Source of the DNA: Camelus ferus
Lineage: Eukaryota
DNA: 64,000 nucleotides
Reading direction: 5' to 3'
Assembly (NCBI RefSeq): GCF_009834535.1
Contig: NC_045697.1
Coordinates: 37,822,001-37,886,000 of the forward strand
This document shows positions 36,611-49,364 of the stretch, piece by piece. Numbering within the stretch: the stretch's first letter is position 1; each line of letters opens with the position of its first letter. A program made the position numbers and the translations under genes. Under the pieces are notes generated by a model. That model was not told where the DNA came from. It worked only from the letters and a program-made list of their open reading frames with translations, and ran no database searches.

Positions 36611-36751
36611 AATAATGGCAATGGTGATTGATAGTTCTAACTAAACCTCCCACTGCTCCCACATAAGAGCCAGAACAGAGCAGAGAAAAGTGTCCCAGGA
36701 AGAGGCAGCCAGCCTCTGCTTTCTGCACAGGGCACATTGAAGGAAACCAGC

Positions 36752-37130
36752 TGTCTTAGTCCATTCAAGCTGCTGTAATAAAAATACCATAAACTGGGTG
36801 CTTCAACAACAAACACCTATTTCACACAATTCTGGAGGCTGAAAGTCCAAGATTAAGGTGCCAGCAGATTCCATGTCTGGTAAGGACTTGCTTCCTGGTG
36901 CACAGATGGCCATCTTCCCCTCATGTGATGCAAGGGCCCCATGTGTCCTCATGTGGTCCAAGGGGTGAGAGCTCTCCAGAGTCTCTTTTATGAGGGCACT
37001 AGTCTCATCCACGAGGGTAGAGCCCTCATGACCTAACCACCTGCCAGAGGCCCCACCTCCTGATACCATTGCCTTGGGAGTCAGGACTTCAACATCTGAA
37101 TTTGGGGGGACACAAACATTCAGTGGAGCA
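36752..37130 (-). mobile_element. MaLR MLT1A-like solo LTR
   Basis: TGTCTTAGTCCATTCAAGCTGCT...TTCTGGAGGCTGAAAGTCCAAGATTAAGGTGCCAGCAGATT...TTTGGGGGGACACAAACATTCAG. Confidence 0.92.
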
Positions 37131-37589
37131 CCAGGCTTCTTCAAAGTCACACCATGCAGGGGTCTTACAGTAACAAACTAGGGACAACAAGAACCTAGGT
37201 TATAGTAATAAGGTCTCCTTGGACTGTGAACTTTGCACCACTTCATTCAGACAGACTGAGAAGTCTGAGCGATTTCCATCGAGCCCCTGACAGAGGGAAG
37301 CGCCCATTCCAGGCACGTGAGCATGAGCACGGGGTGTGGAGGAGTCTGGGGCAGAGAAGAGCCTCTGGGACAATGCAAGGCCAGGGCCAAGAAAGAAAAT
37401 GAGCCAAGGCACACGGAGCTAGGGCAGAACGGTCCCTCAGCTTCTGCCCTCTAAAGGGGCTACGGCATTCACGGTTAACACCGGACCCAAACTCCTCACA
37501 TACTTGATACTGTGCTCGTGTTTTATTAACATTGGCTTAAGCTAACTTTTCAGTAAAGTGTTTACAGTTCATCCCCTAGCTTGGGTTCA

Positions 37590-37870
37590 GCAATGAATTG
37601 CTTTCATTCGTCCATCCAGCAGGTGTTTAGGGACTGCTACAGAACTCCACACCCTGGGCTCAGAAGGAGAAGCCAGAGCCTGCAGCTTAGCAGGGCAGAC
37701 AGCACGGTAAACAACGGTTACACTCCAGGCTCAAGTTCTGCATCAGTACCAAGTGCCCAGGAATAAGGAAGCACTGGGACGGCTGGAAGGGTAGACCACG
37801 AAGGGCCCTGAAGCCTGGTTGAGGAGCTTAGACTTTATCCTGAAGGCAACGGGAGCTGCTGAAAGATATA
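37590..37870 (-). mobile_element. L2 fragments
   Basis: TTCATTCGTCCATCCAGCAGGTGTTTAG; GAGGAGCTTAGACTTTATCCTGAAGGCAACGGGAGC. Confidence 0.6.
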
Positions 37871-38937
37871 CCAACTTAAATGTCCCGTGGTATTGTCACA
37901 AATGCTCACCCTGGGTGAACCCCAAATACCTCAGCCACATTCTGGCACCCAGAATGAACTAAATTAAAACCTCCCCTTGAAAAAATCACTACCACCCAAA
38001 GATTATGCCTTTTGGGGGTGGTTCAAGGTTACATTATCCTCACCCAACAGAGTCAGGTGATGATTTCCCTGAGGTCTCAAAAGAGGGAAAACTTCATTCA
38101 GGCAGACTGAAACCCAGAAATCGTCTCTTTTTTAAAAAAACAGGAATCAGGTTCACAAAAGTAAAGCTTTCATTTACTGTAAGGTTCCCAAGATTATTCA
38201 AAGCATAAGATCAGAGATGCCCAAGGCCAGGGCTTTTCCTAAAAAAAAAAAAAAAATTGACTACTAAAATTTTAAAGGCAAAAGGAAGGAATTTGAGCCA
38301 TTTTAGTGATTAAAATAGAGTATGCTGGGTGGAGGCCAGCCAGCTACTGTAATAATCAAGACATTGCTCTTTCAACTTTTGAGGGATAATATCAAAATTC
38401 ATGCTAGGAATGTTTATTTTATTTTCTAAAACCCTGCGGAGAACGCTTTCTCAGCTACAGAGTTTCTACAAAGTAGGGGGCTTATGGCCGACAACCTGCT
38501 CGGAAGAGATTTGTCCTGAAGCCACATTTGTGTAACCAGGACACTGTCTTTAGTCAGATTGTATATTTATTTGTAATGGCTTGGACATCAAAGAAAGGGA
38601 GCTAAAATACTCCTGAACGACCCTTTTGTCATGTCACCGCTCCCAGTAAATGAGGTCTATCCCTCTGAGGGTAGTTAACCTGTGAGGCTGATAAACATTA
38701 CTGGTGGGGAAATTAAGGCTGTTCCTGGAAGGACCTGTGACTATATCCAAGGCATTTTGTCCATGGATACCGTCCCCGCATTCTATGGGGATAATCTCTG
38801 CATTTGGAACAAAACAAGAGTAACTGTGGTTGCCTGTGGGCGAGACATTCAGTGTGAACTCCCCGTGTGAGGAGCACGAGAACACTCACTTCATTCCTTC
38901 CACCTCCCAGGCTCTGCCTGGCGCTGAAAATTCCCAC

Positions 38938-38968
<31 letters not shown>

Positions 38969-39030
38969 TTGAGTGAAGATATTAAAAGCTACTAAGAAAA
39001 TGCCCACTTTATCTGGGAGGGGTTGCACAC

Positions 39031-39068
39031 TGAGTCATTAGGAATAACAATTCCTTGAATGACGTCAT
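39031..39068. promoter_or_regulatory. Adjacent consensus AP-1 and full palindromic CRE
   Basis: TGAGTCA 39031-39037; ATGACGTCAT 39059-39068. Confidence 0.35.
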
Positions 39069-39529
39069 CTAGTTACACTGCCGTCCAATTTCTGGGCAGT
39101 TTCCAGGGTAATAGTAAAGATGCCTTTTGATCCTGGGGAGGAGGCCAGAGGACGTCTGTCTGAACGACAGGCTCTGGGTGTGGGCCCAGGAAGACAACTA
39201 AAAAAAACGTACTGCGTCCCCATTTTGCTGGGACTGGCCCAGTCTCATTGTGTGAGTGTTGTGGGCTGAGATCATGAGAATTATTCTGGCTAGAACTAAT
39301 TGCTTTATTGTGTACTTCAGGCCGTGTGAAGAGACTGGATTAAGTACCTGGGTCACACATTCACCAACTATGTGAGTTTATATGTTTTACGTAACATCCT
39401 AGAGCCTCAGTTATGCATAAAAAGTGGGAATAATAATACCAGGCTCCCTTACCTCTGAGAGCTCCTGTGAAAATCAAGTCGATTAATGAATGTGAGAGTA
39501 CTGTGCAAATAAAAGGCAGTTATTTAAGG

Positions 39530-40045
39530 GCCTTGTTTGATCCGGCAATCACATTCCTTGCTATTTACCCAAATGAGTTGAAAACTCATGTCCACACAAA
39601 AGCCTGTGCACAAATTGGCAATCATGAACTTGCCAACATTGGGAGGCAACAAAGATGTCCTTCAGTAGGTGAATGGATAAACAAAATTTGGTACATCCAT
39701 ACAGAAGGATATTATTCAGCAATAAAAAGGAATGAGCTGTAAAGACACAGAGGAACTTTAGTTGCACATTGCTAAGTGCAAGAAGCCAATCTAAAAAGGC
39801 TACGTTCTACATGACGTCGACTATCCAGCATTCTGGAAAAGGCAAAACTGGGGAGACGGTGGAGACCAGCGGTTGTCAGGAGTTGGAGAGAGGAATGGAT
39901 GAGCAGGTGGAGCCCAGGGGAATTTTAGGGCAGTGAAACTATTCGGTATGATGCTGTAATGGTGGATACAAAACCTATAGAATGTACAATACAAAGAATG
40001 AACCTTAATGTAAACTATGAACTTGAGTTACTAATAATGTATCAA
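39530..40045 (+). mobile_element. L1MC-like 3' fragment (preceded by a MIR at ~39320-39520)
   Basis: TATTTACCCAAATGAGTTGAAAACT, CATTCTGGAAAAGGCAAAACT, GAACCTTAATGTAAACTATG. Confidence 0.88.
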
Positions 40046-40209
40046 AGGACCATGTTACTTCTAATTCAAACCCTTCAGTGGCACCCCATTGCCCACCTAC
40101 TAAAGCCCATGCCCTGCACAACAGCATCTAAAGCCCACCATCACCTGGTCCCTTGCTCTACCATCCAGGATTACTAGGAATTCCCTAAATAAACTCTCCT
40201 GTTCTTCTG

Positions 40210-40700
40210 ATGCTTTTGCCTGCCTGCCCAGTATCTACTTTTCATTCTTCTGATAACATCACCCATTTTCCTTCAGGAAATAGCAGTCAGCTCACCCTCA
40301 GTTTATGTGGTTTGGTTAGAGCTGCTCCACCACACTCCTATCCCAGGTTGGGCATATGTCCAATCAGAGGTAATCTAGAAATTTTAACTGGAACCCTTAG
40401 GGAAAACAAGCTATCTTTCCATGGGGCACCTCAGAGACTAGATTGAAACCTGAGTGTTTGTTGTTATCTCTGCCACCTTGTGGAAAGATCCAGCCTAAAT
40501 GAAGCCAATGGAGAGAAAGAGGCCTGGAGAAAGCAAGAACTCCAGGCCTAATGGCATCCACTGAATGCCTGGATCCAGCTGCTTCTGAGGCTGGCTCTCC
40601 ATTTCCCACCCCCTCTTAGACTTTTCAGTTATGTGAGCTAACAAATTTGCTCTTCATGTTTAAAACCATTTGAACTGGACTTCTATTATCTCACAACCAT
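40210..40700 (+). mobile_element. MaLR MLT1K/L-like LTR inserted among L2 fragments
   Basis: CCTGGATCCAGCTGCTTCTGAGG...GACTTTTCAGTTATGTGAGCTAACAAATT. Confidence 0.75.
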
Positions 40701-41296
40701 GATTCACACAAGGAGGATGCTTTTCTGTGCTTCATTCTGTTTCTCCTTATCATCACACCCTCTTGGTCTGATAAACAGCTTCTCACTCTTCAAGATTCAA
40801 TTCAAGTACCACCTCTCTATGAACATTTCTAGACCAGTCTTCATCTCCACTCTAGTTAGAAATGGTCCGGAGCTTCCCAACGCCCTGCGCTGACTTCCAG
40901 CAGAGTGTGCTCTTATTTACACTATCATGCTTCATTATCCAAGGGTCTGTCTCAGCCAGTATCCTTTAAGGGAGGTGTAATAGCTTGGCAGCCCCAGCAC
41001 TTTCTGAATGCTTGTTGAACGGAAAGGGCATTATCAAAACAGGGGTTTGTGGGAAGAAGGGTGACACCAAGGAGTCAAAAAGAACACGCAGCAGAAATTG
41101 TATCCAATCGCCTAGTTTAGAAGAGAAACTGAACCTAAATAAGATGGAGGCAGGGTCATATCCAGGCAAACGTGACTTTCACTCCTGATGCACGTGCTGC
41201 TCTAGCAGCAGTCCTTACTCTCTTTTTGCCCCCATCACCCACCACCTGGGGTCTTTTCAAGTTTACTTTTTGTATTAAAAAGAGACAGCTTTTTAA

Positions 41297-41723
41297 TGTG
41301 GCAGAGATACCTAGCTGTCCTTCAATATCTGTTCTCCTCTTCATTTACAGAAACAGGACCCCTGACATTTTGCTGGATACAAGGATGCCCACAACTAAAA
41401 CTGCATATCCCAGTCTCTCTTGCAGTGATGTGTGGCCCTATGATTATCTTCTGGCCAATGGAATATGAGCTGAAGTGGTACATGCAACTTCCTAAAGGGT
41501 TATTCCCCAATTTTTCATTCCCACAAGCTGGATGAATGAGCCATTCTGGCTGTGAGGATGAGAACAACCAGATGAAAGGAGGACGTGTCCCTGAAGCCAC
41601 CATACCAGTCCTGGACCATGATACCAGGGCTGTTACACGAGACAGAGAACAAACTCCTAACTTACCTAAGCCACTCTGATCAGATGGTCTCTGTCTCAGC
41701 TAGCAAACTCATATTCTTACACA
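41297..41723 (+). mobile_element. MaLR MLT1J-like LTR
   Basis: TGTGGCAGAGA...TCCCAGTCTCTCTTGCAG...TTCTGGCCAATGGAATATGAGC. Confidence 0.8.
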
Positions 41724-42107
41724 ACTTCTTCCTGGTCTCTCCTGTGTTTTGTCTTTTTTTTTTTTTTTTAACTCCTTTCACTTTGAACTGAAACTATTAG
41801 AATCGGGAGTTTGCAGGAGCCAGAAGGAGCAGCCACAAGTAAAACCCATGATAGTTCCCATCTCCCAGCCTTCCGACTGTCTTCAGGCAATCATACATGC
41901 CCTCTGCAAAAATCCCCCATTGCTCTGCATAATCAGACTGGTTTCAAAAGTACATCTGCTTAAAATACATCAATGGGACCATTGGATTTGGATACGAGGA
42001 AACCCACAAATCCCCAGCTGTTCATAGGACCATATGTTTATAGTAGTTAAAAATCAAAAACACCCCCAATATCCAACAACAGGGGAATTGTCAAGTAAAT
42101 CTGAGTA

Positions 42108-42581
42108 AGGCAGTCCCTGACTTAAGATGTTTCAAATTTATGATGGTACGAAAATGATAGGCATTGAGTAGAAGTCAGACTTCAAATTTTGAATTCTGAT
42201 CTTTCCTTGGGCTAGTGATGCACAGTACGATGCCAGGCAGGGCGGTGAGCGCAGCTCCCCGTCAGCCCCACGATCACGACAGGGAACAACTGATACACTC
42301 ACAACCATGCTGTGCCCAGATGGCCATTCTGATTATTACCTTCGGTGTAGTATTCAATAAATTACATGAGACAGTCAACACTTTACTAGAGAAGGCTTTG
42401 TGTTAGATGATTCTGCCTAACACTAGGCTAATGTAGGTGATCCGAGCACATTTAAGGTAGGCTGGGCTAAGCTATGACGCCTGGTCAGTTCGGTGTACTA
42501 AATGCATTTTCGACTTACAATATTTTCAATTTAAGATGGGTTTATGGGGACATAACCCCACTGCAAGTCAAGGAAGATCTG
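42108..42581. mobile_element. Tigger5/MER47-like DNA transposon within an old L1ME fragment
   Basis: TIR-like GTCCCTGACTTAAGATG ... AACCCCACTGCAAGTCAAGGAAGATCTG|TA; internal TTTAAGGTAGGCTGGGCTAAGCTATGA. Confidence 0.85.
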
Positions 42582-42749
42582 TATATTTCCTGGGTTTAAC
42601 ATAACGTAGCCATTAAAGCTAACATTTACAGAGTATGTAATGGTACAATGAAAGGAGATAAAAGGCAGGATACAAAACTGTAAACAAGTATGATCTCAAA
42701 TATGTAAAAAAGATTGAAAAGAAGATAACAGGCGTGACACAACACTACC

Positions 42750-42910
42750 GTGTAGTAAGCTCTTACGGCACCCTAGGGGCTGTGCTAAGCACTTTTGTGC
42801 ATTTTCTCACGTCATCCCCAGGAACCCTATGATGTAAGTACAATCATCATTTCAATTTTTTTAATGAGACGACAGACCTGATGAGATTAAGCAACTTCCC
42901 CAAAATTTCA
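42750..42910 (-). mobile_element. MIR SINE
   Basis: TGTGCTAAGCACTTT...AACCCTATGATGTAAG...GATTAAGCAACTTCCC. Confidence 0.65.
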
Positions 42911-43602
42911 CAGAACACAAACTCAACTGACAACGACACCAAAGGCCATGTTCACCATCTATGCCGCCAGCAAACTTTTTCACGGGGTTTTTGAGTAATT
43001 TTTAAAGTATCTTTCTGTTTTTCTTTCACTTCTAAATTTGCTAAAAGTAGTATTATCCTTCTAATTAAAAACATACCTACAAAATATTTTATTTTTTCAA
43101 AAAAGCAACAAGCACCCAGACGCAAAAAAAATGTTTTGCTTCTTCCTAAAGTGGAGTGTTTGAGTGGCACCGCACAGCCTCGGAGAAGAGCCAGTGTGAG
43201 TGAACTGACAACTGAGTGGGGTCAGAATTCTCAAGTTTCTTCATTCACCTTTCAGCAAAGTCCCATTGCCAGAATGATGTAAGTTAACAGTACTCAACCT
43301 CTGGGTGGGTCATGACTCCACTGAGAACCTGTCGAGAGCCATGGACCGTCTTCCCAGCACAATGAGAGAAGCACATGCACGCATCCGTGCACACACACAC
43401 ACACACACACATTTTGTGCACAATTTCAGAATACTGACAGTTGCAGCCATGCCTATGGGTGTGTTCCAGGTAAAGGGTCCCCGATGTCAGGTAACAAAAG
43501 AAGTCCCCTTTTGTCTGCTTTGTTGAAACTCTGCTCCAAGTCCTGCATCGTCGTCCACACAATAAACTATAACTGGCAGTGCGGATTACCAAGATGCCTT
43601 AC

Positions 43603-43694
43603 CATCTGCAGAGATGCACCCTGAGGTCTTTGTCGGTGGGAAGATGGATTTTGGCAGATAAATCTACATTCGTGACTGATTCCCTGATAAGTGC
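43603..43694 (-). other. Candidate internal exon (92 nt) with strong splice signals
   Basis: Acceptor ttttcctctgcctcatccccag, donor ATG|gtaagg; two open frames (ALIRESVTNVDLSAKIHLPTDKDLRVHLCR; TYQGISHECRFICQNPSSHRQRPQGASLQM), neither recognised. Confidence 0.3.
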
Positions 43695-44261
43695 CTGGGG
43701 ATGAGGCAGAGGAAAACTAACAGGTCTACGCGGATATGAACTCATGAGGAAAGTCATGAAAACACACAGGCTACTCCCTTTACAGTTAGAAAGCATCTTC
43801 ACACCCTAGACCTCAGTTGACTCCCAACAGCCCTATGAAGATAAGGTCATTACCCCTGTTTTACATGTAACCCAGGTCTCTACCCTCAATTTCATCTGTA
43901 AGAGCTGACTATATTTTGGCCAAACCCCAAGCTTGATGCAAACTCAACCCCTTCACCATTCCAAAGAGAAATCCAGTTGATTTAATCGAGCATATTATAA
44001 TTTTTCTAGAATTACTGAAGATTCCTGGAAGGGTCATCCTATAGAGTACACAGCTCTACAAAATCCCAATTAGACCTCTCCTGAGTTTCTCCTCCTCTTC
44101 CACTCACCAGATTCTCCCCCTGGCAATCTTCCTTTCCCTTCTGTATACACAGAGCTTCCTTCTTTTACATGAATAACAGGCTTATTAAAGCATCTTATCA
44201 AAACAAAGCTAAAGTGTTAGATATTTGTGGGTTTTTTTAATTTGTTTTGTTTCATTTCCTT

Positions 44262-45320
44262 ACCTTGCCACCCAGCATCCACTTCTTTTTCCTGTGCTAA
44301 TAGCCCTCATTTTTCTTTGGGAAGCCATTTCTCCCTAATTCCCTGTACTTGTGGTCCCAGAAGAGCTGATACCATGACCACATGACTCAGGCCAAGATAA
44401 TGGGAGCCCCACATTCCCCTGGTCACAGTGACTGGTTGGGGAACAGACGAGGGACTCCTCAGATACAAGGAAGCCCTATGAGACTTTCATGGAGGCTTCT
44501 GGGAGAGGGGATTTGATTTCAACAGATATGAAGCCAAGAGGATGTAAAATCTAGAGCCGCTTCCACCGTCTTGCAGTAAGCAGAGCCAGAGACCGACACC
44601 ACACACCAACCATAGCTGGACCATGGTACAGCACCAAGTCTTGATGACGTAATTCGGGCCTGATGTCAGCAATGGCTGAAGCCAACTGTAATGGGCTGAA
44701 TGGTGGCCACAGAGATATAGCCACCTTCTCTTCCCTGGAGCACGTACATGTTACCTCATACAGCAAAAAGTCAACACTGCTTTATACGGCAGGAAATGTA
44801 TTAAGAGTCTTGCAAAGAGGAGTTTGTCCTGGATTAGCCAGGCTCTAAATGCAATCACATGCATTCCTATAAGACGAGGGAGATTAAATGCAGGTGGAAG
44901 AAGAGGAAACACAGACACACAGAGAAGCTGGAGTGAAGATGAAGGCAGAGATTGGAGTGACACGGCCATAATCACTCCAATTGTGGTTCTAGCTGTGGTT
45001 TCAGAGAACAGTAAGGAATTCCAGGTAGCCACCAGAGGCTAGACGAGGTCTCCCAGAGCCTCTGGAGGGGTGTGGCCCTGCCAACACCTTAACGTGGGCT
45101 TCTGGCCTCCAGAACTATCAGACAATAAATTTCTCTTATTTTAAGTCACCAAGGTTGTAGCAATTAGGAAACTTCACCAAGGTTGTACCAATTAGAAAAC
45201 TAAGACGCCAGCCCTATCCCTGGACTTTCACTTACTAAGCCAATAACTGCCCCTTCTTTTTTCTCAGGTCATTTTAGGTTGAGCTTTTTTGTGAGTTCCA
45301 GTACTAAGACTTTTAAATGA
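44262..45320 (+). mobile_element. MLT1K/L-like LTR (host, split at 44686/45208)
   Basis: GCTGAAGCCAAC|CCTATCCCTGGACTTTCACTTACTAAGCCAATAA is continuous once the insert is removed. Confidence 0.75.
44687..45207 (+). mobile_element. MLT1C/D-like solo LTR nested in the older MLT1
   Basis: Starts TGTAATGGGCTGAATGGTGGCC, ends AAACTAAGACG; 5-bp TSD-like CCAAC/CCAGC. Confidence 0.88.
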
Positions 45321-46164
45321 CACAGCTGGTCTATCCTTAAAAATGAATTTCCGTAACGGCCATTAAGATGATAAAATTTTTCTCCATCTCATTACATACA
45401 AATGAGGAAACTTTTCAAAGAGATGAAATAAGACAAGCATCGCAAGTGTAAAATTTAAGACAAACCTGCTTCTTCGATCCCATAAGTCATGTTTGGTAGG
45501 ATGTATCTTGTTCCTTTTTGGTGAGTATAGGAATGACGTCACATATAGATCCACCCTCAAACAACGATACACAACAGCATCATCACCAGGTTAGCACCTT
45601 AAACTCTTAGCTCCCCAACTGCGTATCAAAACAGCCAAAAACTGAAGAACAGCAGACCATCTGAAGAGCTCTAGTTCATCCATTCTGTCAGAATCTCTAA
45701 AATTCTAGGCTTAAATAAAGTCAAACTCACAGAGCATTTCTTAGTATCGCATCACCTTAGGCCCTTTCACACTGTATTGTGCGCTAAGGTCACATCCTTG
45801 ACTTTTCTAAAGAAATATCTATTACTCCTTTTACCACAAAAATATGATTAGGATCATTGTGTACTACCCATTTGAGTATTCCCTATGTAAATCTCATCCA
45901 AAGAATTTACTATGTAAGTAAGGACTAGGAAAAAATTTTTTTCCTTAAAGAACTGGTATGCTCCCACCACTCTGATAACAAGGTTTATGTCACTGATGGT
46001 ATTTCCCTTTTTGCTTTGGCTGCCAGAAAGCTCACAAAGCTCAAGTCATACTCCAGCATCTCTGTTAACCCTTTTAGAAAGAATGCATACTTTTTCCTGG
46101 ATATATTCTTTTCCCTACATTCTTTTCCCCATCTTCTATTTAGAGTGGAATTCTAAATGAAGTA

Positions 46165-46566
46165 TAAGATGGTTAATTTTTTGTGTCAATTTGACTGGGC
46201 CATGGGATGCCCAGATAGCTGGCTAAACATTAAACATTACTTTTGGGTGTGTTGAAGAAGGTGTTTCTAGATGAGATTAACATTGAATTGGTAGACTGAG
46301 TAAAGATCACTCTCCCCACTGTGGCTGGGCCTCAATCCAATACATTCAAAGCCTGACTAGAATAAAATATAAAAGGCTGAGTCAGAAAGAATTCTCTCTC
46401 TCTGCCTTACTGGCTTCAAGCTGGGACATCAGTTTGAATCCCCTGAGTCTAGACCACCCAGCCTCCATAATCACATGAGCCAATTCCTTATAATAAATCT
46501 CTTGCTCTCATATATATGTATATAGAACTCCTATTTAGTTCTGTTTCTCTGGAGAACGCTAATACA
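46165..46566 (+). mobile_element. ERVL MLT2B/C-like solo LTR (internally deleted)
   Basis: GATGGTTAATTTTTTGTGTCAATTTGACTGGGCCA...TTCTGTTTCTCTGGAGAACGCTAATACA. Confidence 0.9.
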
Positions 46567-47741
46567 GGGTATAAAGGATAAACCACATATGATAAAACTT
46601 ACCCAAAAAAATACCTTACATGGCCCTAACATGCAGTATACAATAAAGAACGTATGAAAAATCTTACACTATAGTTACTATTTCACTCATATCCTTGAAT
46701 TCCCATGTGTGTATATACACATTCACTTTTATATGCCATGTATTTGTGTGTTTGTGTGCATGTATCACCATATAGTTTTGAGTACACAGCAGTCTGCTGC
46801 TAGCAACATCTCTTTAAGGATGACTCCTCCCAAAAGATAAGGATTAATATTTATATAGCACTTGACAGTTGAAGAAGCTTCCATCCCGTCCAACTTTATT
46901 TTAATCCTCACATTTCCCATTTTCAAGCAAGGACAACAAAGCTCAGAAAGTTTAAGGAACTCACTCAGCCCTCACTACTAAAAAACACCAGGTCTGGAGT
47001 CTGGACCAAACTCTTCTGCAGGCAGAAGATCCTTGGACTAGGTGAACCTTGGAACAGAATGTAATACTCACCTTTGAAGAGAGTCCCCTGATACCACCTC
47101 AAGCATAACAACCCACAGTTTGGTACATGTACTAGCATAACGGCTCATAACAGAAAAAAGAAGATCTTTGAACCTCTCGTCACTCCCTGGTTCCACAGAG
47201 GAGCTCAGCAGTGAAGTCAAAGGGCCCTCACTGCACATCCCACCAGGGTTGCACTAACCTAAACGGAACTTTCCTGAGAATTAGGAGGGCTCTTGGGGAC
47301 TTGAGGGGCCCTGTGTCCTGGTCTACTTCGTTGGTGAGTAAAAGCAGGGTGACCTCAGGGCCCACGTGCCCCAGCCAGAGCCTCTGCCAGTGCTAGGCAG
47401 CCTTGACTCTGAACTCCACCACCCTGAGCCCTTTCATTCTCTTCCTTCTCCCTTTGGCATTCTACCCCCTTTGTCCTCTCATTGTCTCTCCCCCCTCTGC
47501 TTTAGGGTGGCCCTTCCAAGGCCACAGCCAGGAATGACATCCAGTTGGCTGGCTGAGCCTTATCCTACCGTGCTCACTCTAGAATTTAGAGCTTTCTTCT
47601 GAAGGCAGTAATCCCAGCACAAACATCTTAGTCTCAAATATTGAGTCCTCCCATGATAACACTGCCAAAATCACAAGCGAAACAAGAATCTTCACCAGAA
47701 CTCCCAAAAGCTAGTCCCTGGCCTTTACCATCAGCCTCTGT

Positions 47742-48310
47742 TCTTTTTTTTCCTTGAAGTACAGTCGACTTACAGTGTTGTATTAATTTCTGGTATACAG
47801 CATAGTGACACATCTATACATATATATGTATTTATATAAATATATATTCCTTTTCACATTCTTCTTCATTATAGGCCATTAAAAGGTGTTGAACATAGTT
47901 CCCTGTGCTATACAATAGGACCTTGATGTTTATCTATTTTATATATAGTAGTTAGTATCTGAAAACCCTGAAGTCCCAATTTGTCGCTCCCCACCCCTTT
48001 TCCCCCTTGGTAACCATAAATTTGTTTTCTATGTCTACGAGTCGGTCTCTGTTTTGTAAATAAAATCCTCTGTGCCTTTTTTTGGATTCCACATGTGAGT
48101 GATATCACATGGTATTTTTCTTTCTCTTTCTGGCTTATTTCACTTAGTATGATGATCTCCAAGTCCATCCATGTTGCTGCAAATGGCATTATTTTATTCA
48201 TTTTATGGCTGAATAGTATTCCATTATATAAATACACCACAGCTTCTTTATCCAGTCATCTGATGATGGACATTTAGGTTGCTTCCATATCTTGGCTACT
48301 GTAAATAGTT
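47742..48310 (-). mobile_element. L1 3' end (cetartiodactyl/camelid type)
   Basis: IMPFAATWMDLEIIILSEISQKEK; poly-T at left end. Confidence 0.93.
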
Positions 48311-49364
48311 CAGCTACCATTCTTGATGCACTGATTGGGTCCAGCTCAGCCATGGGAACACTTACTTTCAGCTAATCAATCCAAAGATATAAAGGCACTT
48401 TCAAATGACAACCAACATTGGGAAATAAGTCTTAATTGTTAAAATGATGTCTGCCAGGAATCACAGGCCCAGCTCATAAAGCAGGAGATTTCAGAGAGCA
48501 CCTCTTATATAACAGCATGAAACCATCTGTTCTGAAGCAAGCCATTCCAGTCATCGCTTACTGTTCAGAGACAATTAAATAAACAGGATCAAGAAAGGAA
48601 GTAAGTAGCAGCCAACAAATAATTTTCACAGTAGAACTGAAATGAATCAGAGCATTTAATTCAACATTCCTCCTATCCAATTGTGAAAACATACACAGCC
48701 TCATGCACTTATCGTAGCCATAATATAAAGAATAATCTTCTGTATTTATAGAAGAAGAACTCTCTCCGAGAATTTGGTGTGCACAATTAACAGCCAATGG
48801 ACTCTCCCTTTGGCTGCACTAAGGGGTAGGGGGGCAAGAAGGTTTCTTTGTCTCCCCAGCATATATTTTCATCTTAACCATGATTGCCTTGAGTGGAAGA
48901 GAGTTTTCTACTTCTTTAGGCTTCTTCAAAACTTCTTCAGTTTTTAAATATGCACCTGTGGTATTTTCATAATCAGAAAATATATGTGTATTGTCAAAAA
49001 GCCACAGTGCACATCCCCATATTTAAAAACGATTGGCGTACTAGGCATAAAACATAACACCTACAACAGTACAAAACAAACATCAAGCGGAAAGTAAGCA
49101 TGTGATCATCTTACAGCATCTCTAAAGAAATTCTAAAATTTGAGAGCTGGATCATGGATTGGGATGCTATGAGAATTTCCAGTGTAGGACCCAGAGCCAT
49201 GGGAGTGGGGAGGTTGTGTGTGGAACCCTGGACCTCACGACTGCTCCAGACATTTTCTCCAACTTGTATCGAGGGGTGCTGGGATGGAATAGATCTAGGG
49301 AAGGGACTCCCCCTGCTTAATGAGGATGTAAGAATTCCTGACAGAGGACATTTCTGCCGTATGA

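Noticed and set aside
36431..36737. Poly-Gly, poly-Pro and poly-His ORFs
   Set aside because: They are translations of the (GGT)n microsatellite
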